DNA of 63,819 bases, the filler included, from Octopus bimaculoides (lineage: Eukaryota), in the NCBI RefSeq assembly GCF_001194135.2. It is 8 parts of 8 records of this genome, joined end to end, with 100 filler letters (N's around TTAATTAATTAA, not from the genome) between each part and the next. Parts side by side here need not be neighbours in the genome. Positions count along the whole stretch, not along the records: positions 21,876 to 46,605 come from NC_068981.1; positions 46,706 to 50,238 come from NC_069001.1; positions 50,339 to 53,425 come from NW_026319499.1; 5 more parts are not named here. The stretch is one strand, 5' to 3'. Below the pieces are notes generated by a model. The model searched no databases and had not been told where the DNA came from. It saw only the letters and a program-made list of their open reading frames with translations. The position numbers were made by a program, and so were the translations under genes. Each line of letters starts with the position of its first letter. Position 1 is the first letter of the stretch. Of this stretch, positions 38,880 to 51,082 are shown piece by piece.

Positions 38880-41576
38880 AAATGACATCATCAGTCTTTA
38901 AGTTTCAATTTTATAACAAGCGAAAAGAAAAGAAGGCAGAAAAAAGACTGAAAAAAAGAAAAGGAAAAAGAAGACTATTTAATCAAACTGTTTTGTATAA
39001 ATTTGATGATATTTTCCCGTCAATTTATTCATTCCTCCAGGGCCTGATGTTAATAACCCGCAAACATATTTCCCCTCATGCATTTTGAGAAGTGAAAGTG
39101 AAGCAGATTCAGAATATTTTCTGAGAATATGCACTTTCAAGTCTTTTTCTAAATTGCAGCCGTTTGAAGCAACATGCTCAGAAAATTCTGTTGAACTACT
39201 GTTGTAGTGTCTGACGTCATATCTGTGCCCATTAAATCTTTTATATAATTGTTCTATTGTACAATCAACATAAATCGAGTTGAGTTTCGTGCATTCTGCC
39301 GCGTACACCGAATGGGAATCTTTATATGCCCTACTTTCTTTATAAATGTTAACATTTCTGTTATGATTCGTGATGGAATTCCCTTGATGCATGTTGTTGC
39401 ACAATGAACAGAGCTTACCTCTCTTGCAGCTGTTTTTCAAGGTACGGTGAGCAGGTACTTGAAGTTCTTTTTCTTGGAATCAGAAATAAAGGTCAATAAT
39501 TCTCTAATATTTTCATCCCGTCTAAAGTTTAACATAGGCGGCTGAGGAAATATTTGCTTGAAACGCGGATATTTTTTCGCCACATGCTAGCAACTTTCAT
39601 GCAACACTTTTGAAATGCCAACGAAATTTCGGGGCCAGTTAATCACTAAAGGAATTCTGTCATCTATCATATTGTGTTTGATAAAATTATGCGTTAAGGT
39701 TTGACTATCTTTGCTAATCTTAGCTATTTCATTTGTTATTTCCTTTTATCGTGATTCACTGTAACCGCGTATATGTAACATTTGTATATTTCCAGTAATT
39801 CCCTATGTCAATACAAAACTGTTTTATCTCCAAACATTGGGATTTCGGATTTGACCGAATAATTTGATTTGGATGATTGTAGCGGCGGTGGAAAGAAATG
39901 TGGGATGACGTGGGCTTGCAAAATAACTCTGTCACTAATCTACCTCCAGTAAACTTAACTTTTGTGTCCAAAAATTCAACGCTATTTTTTGCGAAAAATA
40001 GACGTAAATTTTATGTTGGACTTAAAGCCACAGTTTTTAGCATAACAGTCACAGAAATGCAAGAAGTCAATTAAACTATCCTGTGATCTTTCCCAGACAA
40101 AAACAAAATGTCATCAATGAACCGTAACCAAAGTATTATTGGTTCATGACCATGAACGGATTTGAATGTCTTCAGTAGCTGTGTCTCGGATTTCATCATG
40201 AAGACATTAGCGAAATTAACTGCCATGAGAGTACCCATGGCGTAACCCCTCGTCTGGAGGTAAACGCTTCGTCCAAATTTCATTGTGTTTCGATCGACAG
40301 GTAATTCTTCATATGAAGTTTTGTCATTTAAAAATTCTTCTCAAATCGAAATATATTCACTTCTGTCCTGTCCATTATTACGATAACGCCTCCCTTATCC
40401 GTTATTAGCTAGACGTCGGTGTGTGTAACGTTGGGAATTTGTGAGGTTATTCCAAGACTTCTTTCCAATTGTTTTAAGGCTTTCTCTAATGCCTGTCTGA
40501 CAAGATTCAAGAAATGCCACTAGTGCTTATGAACGTCCATCCCTAACTTTATCAGGATACCAATTAGGATGCCTTTCAATCCAATTATGCCAGATTCCAT
40601 CATCATTTTTATTTTCAGTAAGCATAGAGTTTTCTGACTCCTTTTTTCAAAAAAATATTCCTTCAGCTTGTGACGGCGGAAAACTGAAATAGCTGTTCAG
40701 CTACTTAATTCCTGTCGAATTTCTTAGTGCTAGGGAAGAAACTCAGTCCAAGATCCAAGACTGAGACATCGTCGGGCGAAAGTTTTAGTTTAGATAAATT
40801 TATGACCGACCTATTCTCTAGTGTGATGGATTTTCTCGGGCAAGTAGGTTTCAGTCTTATTCTCATTAGATTCCTGACTACATTTTAGGCTTTTGTCTAA
40901 ATCTTCACTTAAAACATGGAGCCAATTGGGTAATAAAATTTGTTCTGAATGTTCATGTGAGAAGTTATAATTTTTAGTCATCTTTCTTGTGGTAATTCAT
41001 TTCTTGGGTGGGTGATAGAAAGTGAGTAACTTCTGTGGTATTTGTAGACATTTGAAAAACCTTTATTTTCGGTAAAGGAACAAATTCATTCTTTTCGAGG
41101 CAAAATGTTAGATGTGCTCGCATTTTTGACTGATCAAATAAAAACTTTTCTAGCGCGTTTTCAATGTCCAGTTCAGATGCATAGGCCAGCGCAAAAAGGT
41201 CACAATCATAAGAGCCAACTTGGGATTTAGTTATATGAACTTGTTGAACTGTAGGAATGTTTGTTTGTGGTGAGTACAACATTGTTATTTGTGCTATTAG
41301 TTCCTGTGAAACTGGTAAGTTCAAACTGTCATAAATATAAATATCTCCGAAAAAATTGGTCGACAAAAGAAAATGATTGTTACTGGTGTGATGAATGAAC
41401 AGTGTGCAGTATGGACTGTATGTTAGAAATTCCGTGTGAGAAAAATTGGTCGATTGTATTGGAATTTCAGGAAAAGTTTTCGCTACGATTTTCAATCTGG
41501 CATCAATAAGTTTATTACATAACATATGTCCCGAAAGTAAAAATGACTTCTCATATTTCAAAGCAAATGTTCTCAT
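38880..41576 (-). mobile_element. Penelope-like element (Neptune-type) with upstream Ulp1-like protease domain
   Basis: VINLSKLKLSPDDVSVLDLGLSFFP (from 40806); TDKGGVIVIMD; QTRGYAMGTLMAVNFANVFM and WLRFIDDI (ORF 40071-40283); LDTKVKF..LVTELFCKPT (39756-39971); CKRGKLCSLC linker and VYAAECTK..IYVDCT..LYKRFNGH..TSGPGGMN GIY-YIG (38979-39440). Internal deletion at ~40285 removes RT motifs 1-A. Confidence 0.9.
40974..41576 (-). CDS. Ulp1/SENP (peptidase C48)-like cysteine protease domain, 5'-truncated, transposon-borne
   Basis: 200-aa open frame with LLSGHMLCNKLID, FIHHTSNNHFLL (His), IYIYDSLN (Asp), SQVGSYDCDLFALAYA (Gln, Cys), FDQSKMRAHL. The ATG coincides with the junction to another element, so the true start is probably lost. 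Confidence 0.8.
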   Translation of the reverse strand: MRTFALKYEKSFLLSGHMLCNKLIDARLKIVAKTFPEIPIQSTNFSHTEFLTYSPYCTLFIHHTSNNHFLLSTNFFGDIYIYDSLNLPVSQELIAQITMLYSPQTNIPTVQQVHITKSQVGSYDCDLFALAYASELDIENALEKFLFDQSKMRAHLTFCLEKNEFVPLPKIKVFQMSTNTTEVTHFLSPTQEMNYHKKDD

Positions 41577-42110
41577 TCAAAATTATTATTCCTTCATAAA
41601 CCCCAATATCTTAAATAGTGCCCTCATTTTTGCTAAGAACTATACTAAGATCAAAGAAATGAATGTAATCCTCACGGCCCAAAAATCAATCATTGAATTG
41701 TGGGCACGAAAGGACACACCAAATTTCTTTAATATAACAATGGGACCCCAGACTCAGCGGAAGTGACCGACCTTGTGGGAATATATCAGACAACATTAAT
41801 AAGGTAGGGGACTCTACAAGATCTGCTTAAAAAATGCCTGTACAAATTTTTCAAAAGATTCGGCCTTTCTATCACTACAGAGAATGAAAATTGTTCTATC
41901 AACTACCTAGAAGTTAACTGTGATTTAAATACAGGATTACATGAACCTTACATGAAACCTAACTCTAACATAAAATAAATAACCTATCAAAGTAATCATT
42001 CACAATCTATAAAAAAGGTTCTTATAAAAAGCATTAGTAATAAAATTTCTTCTCTTCTAATGAGGACTTATTAAAAAAAAAAATATAAATAGAATAAGAC
42101 ACTAAAAGAA
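41575..42110 (+). mobile_element. PLE RT remnant of the second type (Hydra-clade-like by inference)
   Basis: IQNYYSFINPNILNSALIFAKNYT..ILTAQKSI..WARKDTPNFFNITMG; DSAEVTDLVGIY; FKRFGLSITTEN..INYLEVNCDLNTGLHEPYMKPN..SNH. Confidence 0.78.
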
Positions 42111-42444
42111 GCAGGTAACGTAATTGAATCATATATATTTATACGCATCCACATAAATCATGCATGAACACCCTCGTATTTTTTGGATCCTTTTTATTTA
42201 CTGTTGTTAATCTTGATATCTTGTGTCACTTTTATCTCGCATTTTAGATGTATTAGAAAAATTAGACGATTTAGGCGGTCTGCCACTTTGAAGATTGACA
42301 TTTTTATTCTTATAATTATCAACCTCTCATCTGCATTGTGCACCACTATGTTTATCACGCATAACTTTTTACATGTAATCTTTATTTATATGAGATTTTA
42401 TATTAATCTTTATATATTGTTGTATGCTTTTATATCTCTCCTAT

Positions 42445-42832
42445 GTGGAGGCGCAATGGCCCAGTGGTTAGGGCAGCGGACTCGCGGTCGTAGGATCGCG
42501 GTTTCGATTCCCAGACCGGGCGTTGTGAGTGTTTATTCAGAGAAAACACTTAAAAAGTTCCACGAGGCTCCGGCAGGTGATGGTGGTGAACCTTGCTGTA
42601 CTCTTTCACCACAACTTTCTCTCACTCTTTCTTCCTGTTTCTGTTGTACATGTATTTCAAAGGGCGAGCCTTGTCACATTCTGTGTCCCGATGAATATCC
42701 CCAAGAACTACGTTAAGGGTACACGTGTCTGTGGAGTGCTCAGCCACTTGCACGTTAATTTCACGAGCAGTCTGTTCCGTTGATCGGATCAACTGGAACC
42801 CTCATCGTCATAACCGACGTAGTGCCAACAAT
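42445..42832 (+). mobile_element. Near full-length tRNA-derived SINE, family B
   Basis: A box TGGCCCAGTGGTT, B-box-like GTTTCGATTCC, body, and 3' module shared with 2405-2655, 47271-47399 and 53185-53425. CpGs retained. Confidence 0.92.
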
Positions 42833-43087
42833 AATCTCTCCTATATTTTTATGTATGTTTGGTTTTATTCTTTATACCCTTGGAGAATCTTTACGGCTAT
42901 ACATGCATGATTTATGTTGATGTGTATAAGTATATATGATTCAATTACATTGATTGAATATCTTCATTTATGCGTTCGGGAATTTTGTTGACTACTTAGG
43001 ATTTGCGTTTTCATTTTCATCTACTTTGTATTATTTCGCATTGGCTCTCTACGAGCACTATTTAAATAGTCCATACTTTCTACAACA

Positions 43088-43159
<72 letters not shown>

Positions 43160-43962
43160 GGGTCACTTGTTCATTAGTCAAACAGGCACACTCTGAGAAG
43201 AGATTTGAGGAATTATGTTTAGTGTAGTTGTTGGTTATGACTGCTGGGAAAGTTTCCATTGGTTTCACGTGTATTACTGTTCTTAACAATATCATTGATA
43301 CATCAGATTTGCTGGTTTGAAGCAGAGAACCATTTTAGTAACGGAACTAAAAATACACTGAGTCAGCCCGGATTGTGACAACAAACCTGAAACGATATTC
43401 TTCGAAGCAAAATCTCTTCCAGGTGCTACGGATTTATTCCCCTTTGACCACATCCACTTGTGTCTGAATTGGGTCAGTTCATATACGATTTTCGTTCAGT
43501 AGTCAGCAAGCAGAGAATTCCGTGCTCTCAACACAATTTTTTCCACGTGAGAGGACCGGTTAAAAACACTTTTTGAATTTTGGAACGCCATAGGTGAATA
43601 TTCACCAATTTTAAAGGTAAGATGCTTAATCGGTGCCCTTATGAGAAAAATTCGAGTTCAAGACATAGAATGCTCTGCACGCTGACTTGTGAACAGAAAT
43701 CGTACATAGACGGACACGTCTGGATACAACTAGAACTGGTCAATGGGAAATAACTCCACTTCACCAAGAATTTCGTTTAAGATTTGTTTTCACACTTCTA
43801 TCTCCATTAGTAAGGAGGTTGTGTGCCCCCGTCTGGTTTATTACGAATATCAGCAAAAGACGTGAGACCAATGATACATTTCTGACCAATCACAACCAAA
43901 GTTAACATTATATTTGTGCGTATGTGCGTGCGCGTGATTTTATATGTATACACACACACACA

Positions 43963-44029
<67 letters not shown>

Positions 44030-45155
44030 NNNNNNNNNNNNNNNNNNNNNNNNNNNNNNNNNNNNNNNNNNNNNNNNNNNNNNNNNNNNNNNNNNNNNNN
44101 NNNNNNNNNNNNNNNNNNNNNNNNNNNNNNNNNNNNNNNNNNNNNNNNNNNNNNNNNNNNNNNNNNNNNNNNNNNNNNNNNNNNNNNNNNNNNNNNNNNN
44201 NNNNNNNNNNNNNNNNNNNNNNNNNNNNNNNNNNNNNNNNNNNNNNNNNNNNNNNNNNNNNNNNNNNNNNNNNNNNNNNNNNNNNNNNNNNNNNNNNNNN
44301 NNNNNNNNNNNNNNNNNNNNNNNNNNNNNNNNNNNNNNNNNNNNNNNNNNNNNNNNNNNNNNNNNNNNNNNNNNNNNNNNNNNNNNNNNNNNNNNNNNNN
44401 NNNNNNNNNNNNNNNNNNNNNNNNNNNNNNNNNNNNNNNNNNNNNNNNNNNNNNNNNNNNNNNNNNNNNNNNNNNNNNNNNNNNNNNNNNNNNNNNNNNN
44501 NNNNNNNNNNNNNNNNNNNNNNNNNNNNNNNNNNNNNNNNNNNNNNNNNNNNNNNNNNNNNNNNNNNNNNNNNNNNNNNNNNNNNNNNNNNNNNNNNNNN
44601 NNNNNNNNNNNNNNNNNNNNNNNNNNNNNNNNNNNNNNNNNNNNNNNNNNNNNNNNNNNNNNNNNNNNNNNNNNNNNNNNNNNNNNNNNNNNNNNNNNNN
44701 NNNNNNNNNNNNNNNNNNNNNNNNNNNNNNNNNNNTATATATATATATATATATATATCGTTTCAGGGAAAAGAACCATGGTTCATGAATTCATCGATGA
44801 AAATCCACTGTCACACATAGAAAAATTAATAAGTAAAAGCACAATGAATAAGTATAATATAATAGAAAGTAAATATCATGAGATAATGATAATAAAATGA
44901 CTACAAGTGTTTCATTACCAATTTTCAAATAGAAATAATATTTAAATCGTATGGGTACATGTATGTATGTGATTGTGTGTGTTTTAGTCTGTATGTGTTA
45001 GTATGTATGTATATATATGTGTGTATGTATGTGTATGTATGTATTTATATATGTATATGTATATATGTGTGTATATGTGTATATGTGTGTGTGTGTGTTG
45101 TGTGTATATATATGTATATATATGTGCGTATATGTGTATATATATATGTATATAT

Positions 45156-45200
<45 letters not shown>

Positions 45201-45498
45201 TATATATATATGTATGTGTGTGTGTGTGTGTGTGGGCGTGTGTGAATGTGTGTTTGTTTATACTATTCCTTCTTTACTAAATGTAGTAGTGATAATTTAT
45301 ATTTATTAATTGTGTATCTATTGGTACGTTAATATTTTAGTGAGTTTAAGGATTTAATATTGTAATGACACTACGATATTTATAAGATTAATAATATAGA
45401 TATTTTAATTAATTAAATTAATAATAGTATTTTAGCTTATTTCATATATATTATTCAAGTTATGTTTCTTAGTCTTATTACCTAAAATTTATAATTAC

Positions 45499-46330
45499 TT
45501 AGAATTTAAAGTTCATTGAAATGTTTTACAATATAGCTAATTGTTTTATTACGATGTAAGTTATATAAAGTTTAAATCTTTCCTTCATGATTTTATAAAT
45601 AATTCTTTCATTCATGTTTTTATATCTTTTTATTCTATTCTTTATCTTAACGTAATATCTTCACGCGACCTCTTTCTAATAAACGCTCTAGTTCTAAGTT
45701 TAACGTCTAAAGTTTTAGTTTAAACTGCAGCAGCGTAGCGATAAGTATCATCTTTACCTTTGTTAAATGACTTTATATCATTGATTGAAAAAAATATGTA
45801 TTTTTATATTATTCAATTGATTTTTAATAATTTTAGTCGATACCTTTTTTAACACTAAATTAATTAGTAGTGAGTTTATCATCTTAGCCTAAACTAAGAC
45901 TTCGATTAGATTAGGATTGAATTTTTTTCCATTAATACTGTTTAATATTTCTTTTTATTTTATGAGATAAATAACTAGTCTTTTTATTTAATTTCTATGA
46001 TTATACAATATAGTTAATTGTTTTATTATGATTTGAGTTATATAAAGCTTAATCTTTCATTCATAATAAAATTTTCTTTCATATTTTTATATCTACTTAT
46101 TCGATTCTTTTTCTTTACGCAATATTTTCACGGGACTTCTTTCAAATAATCGTTTTAGTCTAAAATCTTTAAGTTTAAACTATTGCATCGTTTAGAATTT
46201 AAAGCTCATTGAAATGTTTTACAATATAGCTAATTGTTTTATTACGATGTAAGTTATATAAAGTTTAAATCTTTCCTTCATGATTTTATAAATAATTCTT
46301 TCATTCATGTTTTTATATCTTTTTATTCTA
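45499..46330. repeat. AT-rich direct repeat: two ~139-bp near-identical copies plus a diverged middle copy
   Basis: 45499-45637 vs 46192-46330 (TTAGAATTTAAAG[T/C]TCATTGAAATG...TTATTCTA); diverged copy at ~46010-46190. Confidence 0.88.
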
Positions 46331-46705
46331 TCTTTATTATTTTAACCTAAAACTTCGTTCAAATTGCATTTTAAACGAAAGATTCGTTAAAGTTGGTTTT
46401 TGCATATAATATTCCTGTTAGCTTGTATTATAATGAACGTAGGGTTGATTATGAAACGTTTATAATTTTGATATTTTTAATAATATTTTTCTATCTTAAT
46501 ACAATAAGTATTTTATATGCATTCATTTGTTATTTATTGTTGGTTGATATATACATTCTTTTATTATTATTATTGTTGTATTTTGACCTGAAGATTAGCT
46601 ATATTNNNNNNNNNNNNNNNNNNNNNNNNNNNNNNNNNNNNNNNNNNNNTTAATTAATTAANNNNNNNNNNNNNNNNNNNNNNNNNNNNNNNNNNNNNNN
46701 NNNNN

Positions 46706-46744
<39 letters not shown>

Positions 46745-47270
46745 GTAAACAATATTTTATTATTTAAACAAGACCTACTACTAACTGGAAACACAATGAC
46801 TCAGCAGATATATATAACTTGCCTTGCGTCTTCAAGCAAGCCTTCATGCTTCACATACAATTTTAGTCCCATGGGAAAACAGGAGCACAACATTCTTGGT
46901 TTCCTTTCTTTACATTCTTTTTTCCATTTTTATTCACCCTTTGTCTTTTACGTCCACTTCTTGCATTAATCCCCTATTTCCCATATGTTTTCTTATAGAC
47001 CAGCGTACCGGTTTTCAAATAGGAATGGTCTGGTCTGTTAAGCCTGAGGTGTTGCTTGCAGATACAAAGCACGTTAATATAATCTTCTAAATTATCATGT
47101 TTCCATGACATGAAAATGTTAGGAACTCTTATTAAATACTGAATACATTAAATGATACTTATCCCTCACTGGATGAAGTACTGTCATGTTGACCATGCCT
47201 AAAATTGAACAGTAAACTATATGTGTGAGAGTGCGTGTGTGCAAGTGGGGGATCACACTACACTCAAGCC

Positions 47271-47399
47271 TACCCTTAACGAAGTTCTCTGGGAGATTCA
47301 GCGTGACATAGAATGTGACAAGGCTGGCCCATTGAAATACAGTCTGTTCTGTTCATCCGATGAGCTGGAACCGTCGTCGGGGTAGCAAACGGAGTGCTA
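47271..47399. mobile_element. SINE family B fragment with 5' inversion
   Basis: 47271-47342 is the reverse complement of the sub-terminal module; 47343-47399 is the forward 3' terminal module. Confidence 0.75.
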
Positions 47400-47400
47400 G

Positions 47401-47435
<35 letters not shown>

Positions 47436-48369
47436 NNNNNNNNNNNNNNNNNNNNNNNNNNNNNNNNNNNNNNNNNNNNNNNNNNNNNNNNNNNNNNNNN
47501 NNNNNNNNNNNNNNNNNNNNNNNNNNNNNNNNNNNNNNNNNNNNNNNNNNNNNNNNNNNNNNNNNNNNNNNNNNNNNNNNNNNNNNNNNNNNNNNNNNNN
47601 NNNNNNNNNNNNNNNNNNNNNNNNNNNNNNNNNNNNNNNNNNNNNNNNNNNNNNNNNNNNNNNNNNNNNNNNNNNNNNNNNNNNNNNNNNNNNNNNNNNN
47701 NNNNNNNNNNNNNNNNNNNNNNNNNNNNNNNNNNNNNNNNNNNNNNNNNNNNNNNNNNNNNNNNNNNNNNNNNNNNNNNNNNNNNNNNNNNNNNNNNNNN
47801 NNNNNNNNNNNNNNNNNNNNNNNNNNNNNNNNNNNNNNNNNNNNNNNNNNNNNNNNNNNNNNNNNNNNNNNNNNNNNNNNNNNNNNNNNNNNNNNNNNNN
47901 NNNNNNNNNNNNNNNNNNNNNNNNNNNNNNNNNNNNNNNNNNNNNNNNNNNNNNNNNNNNNNNNNNNNNNNNNNNNNNNNNNNNNNNNNNNNNNNNNNNN
48001 NNNNNNNNNNNNNNNNNNNNNNNNNNNNNNNNNNNNNNNNNNNNNNNNNNNNNNNNNNNNNNNNNNATATATATATATATATATATATATAAATGTATAG
48101 ATATCTATTTATGTATATTTATGTATATGTATATATATATGTAAAAGTGTGTATATATGTATGTATTTATATTTATAACTTAACATTATGAACATCCTAA
48201 ACTCTCTGAAGAAGCCAAGAGGCACATCCAAGTACCTTAATCTTATCTACCAAATACTTTAGTTCACTGAAAGGGATGGAAGTAAAATGGGGTACTATGA
48301 ACACTAGGCTGAAACAGCTGTAAGAAACTTTTCTACTTTCTATGTTCTACGTTATATATTTTAATAATT

Positions 48370-49435
48370 ACTGGTGAAAACGGCCATATTTTAGATAGCC
48401 TTAGAAAAGACATCATACACACCTTCAACAACGTTGGCCTTACAATCACCATAGAGACTAACCTCACCGTGGTGAACTTCTTGGATGTCACGCTTGATGT
48501 AGATAGTGGCAAGTACAGACCATACCGTAAAACGAATGATAGGCTATCATACATTAATATAGCCTCCTGCCACCCACCCATGGTGTTAAAAAAACCTAAT
48601 AAAAGGTATCAGTAACCAGATTTCGATCTTATCTTCAAATAAAGATATTTTCGATGCAGCGGCTCCCGCTTACAATGAGGCGCTTGCGGCCAGCGGGTTC
48701 AAGGACCATATAATATATACACCGGGATTGAACAACCATAAAAGGAAACGCCACTGCAAGACCTTATGTTTCGCTCCCAACATCTCCCTAAGTGTCCGGA
48801 GATGCGTAGGTAAGATTTTTCTTAGGCTGGTTGATAAGCTTTTCACACCATCACACAAACATAGAAAGATCTTAACAGACATAATTTAAGAATCTCTTTC
48901 AGTTGTGCACCCAATGTTAAGAAAAAGTTACTTAGCACTCATAAACCACGGATAGAGGCAGGTTATTCATGTAGGATTAGAAACAAATGCCCAGTGGACG
49001 GCCGATGTAACACCGAGGCTACAGTGTACCAAGCAAAGGTAGCCTCAAAAAGAAGCAGCACAAATATCAGTAACATCAATGCCAACACAGGGACACACAC
49101 TAACATTTATGACGGATCTTGTGAATCGAAATTTATAATTTGTCTGAACAACCACTGATCTTCTTCCAGGATTCCGGAGAGACACAACACAACGACACTC
49201 GCAGCATACGTGTGGCGCCTTAAGGACGATCATATGTCCTTCAATATCAGGTGGAAATTACTGGAAGCTTGTGGACCCTATCGCAATGGAACAAGACTAT
49301 GTAAATTGTGTATGGCAAAAAGATATATAATCCTTATGAACTTACATGAGCCAGGAGGCTACCTGAACTCCAGTATAGAAGCTGTGGTAAGTTGTCCATA
49401 TTTTGGGAAATTTTTGCTTCAAAATTGGAAAACCT
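48370..49435 (+). mobile_element. PLE remnant, RT thumb to GIY-YIG (Hydra-clade-like by inference), 5'-truncated
   Basis: VNFLDVTLDVDSGKYRPYRKTND..YINIASCHPP; VGKIFL..ISFSCAPN; CRIRNKCPVDGRC..TVYQAKV; ORF 49210-49437 (LAAYV)WRLKD..FNIRWKLL..CKLCMAKRYII..LNSSIE..SCPYFGKFLLQNW. Confidence 0.88.
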
Positions 49436-49550
49436 AGCTATAAAGCGAAGAAAGACAACTCGCCCGGTCATAATTTTTCAAAAGGAATATTTCTTGAACT
49501 ATCACCGGAGTTCTTGTGTTTTAAAAAACATTCTTTGCAGAGAAGTTATC

Positions 49551-49614
49551 GTTTAGAGAAACTGAAGAGGTGTCTAGTTCACACTACATATGAAACCAAG
49601 GTTTTTTTCTAAAC
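49551..49614 (+). ncRNA. Hammerhead-like motif in the PLE 3' region (degenerate stem II)
   Basis: GTTTAGAGAAA-CTGAAGA-(GTGT..ACAC + 7 nt)-GAAACC-AA-GGT-T-TTTTTCTAAAC; 11-bp stem I with one G.U pair. ~115 bp downstream of the GIY-YIG stop. Confidence 0.55.
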
Positions 49615-49786
49615 TGTTACGTTACACATACANNNNNNNNNNNNNNNNNNNNNNNNNNNNNNNNNNNNNNNNNNNNNNNNNNNNNNNNNNNNNNNNNNNN
49701 NNNNNNNNNNNNNNNNNNNNNNNNNNNNNNNNNNNNNNNNNNNNNNNATATATATATATATATATATGTGTGTGTATGTGTGTGTA

Positions 49787-49827
<41 letters not shown>

Positions 49828-51082
49828 ATTCACATATTTGTATGTATATATGTATAAGTGTGTATTTATCCTAAAGTATACCGAATTTAACGCATAAATT
49901 TCACTCTCTTAGTTTTCCATTATTGCTTTCTGTTTAATAATTTTTTGTAACTGAAGGTATAGATATGTATATCTCTTATCTTTGCTTTTCATATTTACTC
50001 GATCAAGACATTGATTGTTTCATCAAACATCTTTAAGATATAGAAGTATACTTTTCTATATTCATTGGGACTATCAGTTCACAATACTTCACAGAATTGT
50101 AGATTTTAATGAATATATAAACCAGTATACATATATACATACATACAGATATATATGTGTGTGTGTTTATGTATGTGTGTATATATATATATATATGCAC
50201 ATGTATACACATATATGTATGTAAATATATATATATATNNNNNNNNNNNNNNNNNNNNNNNNNNNNNNNNNNNNNNNNNNNNTTAATTAATTAANNNNNN
50301 NNNNNNNNNNNNNNNNNNNNNNNNNNNNNNNNNNNNNNGGGAGAGAAAGAAGCTGGCAGACAGGTGGACAGATAGATAGATAAACAAAGATATATGTTAT
50401 TCTTTTGTTCAATGAAGCCTTTATATTAAGCAATTGTATATGTGTATGTGCATATGGCATGCCCGAGCACATGCACACACAAACTGACACGTATTTAGAT
50501 ATGCACAAAGCCCATATTAACATCTGTTTCATGTCTTTAGAAAGCCAAAACTATACGATTTGTAAAGATCCTGACAAGGGCTTTTTTCCCAACAAGGCAA
50601 AGATGTTTTGTATTTAAACTCCCAGTGGTTATTCATACATTTGTTACCTTGTGCCTTACAAAGTAAGGTCTTTCTTTGTCTCTTTTCTTCCACTGTGCAG
50701 CATGTTTGCACAAATATATTGTACATGGCAAGATATATATGTATGATTTTGTATGTATTTGCTCCTCTGTGTGTGTGTGTGTGTTGTTGTTGTCTTTATC
50801 TGTGCATTCGTTTGTTTGTTGGTTTCAAATTTTTTTATTTTTTTATTATTCATGTCAGTATAGATTTAGAATTTTGTGACTGGATGCTCTCCTGATGCCA
50901 ACCCTAATTTCTCATCTGATTTCCTCAAATGGTTCCAAAACATGGAGTATAAATATTGATGCACATTCATACCCACCATACACATCCATATGTATAGAAA
51001 TATAATATTATATGATATATATATACATATCTATATATATAAAGTTTTGAATGGTACAACAATGTACTATAATACAAAAAAC

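Noticed and set aside
38860-38900. Hammerhead at the 3' end of the Ulp1-PLE (CTGATGA on the minus strand)
   Set aside because: No GAAA core or stem II could be placed downstream.
42445-42520. tRNA gene
   Set aside because: A/B boxes are present but there is no acceptor stem, and the sequence continues into a repeated SINE body.
43080-43880. Coding-looking unique segment (KPMETFPAVITNNYTK)
   Set aside because: No recognisable domain, frames are interrupted by stops, and the ORF ends in (TA)n.
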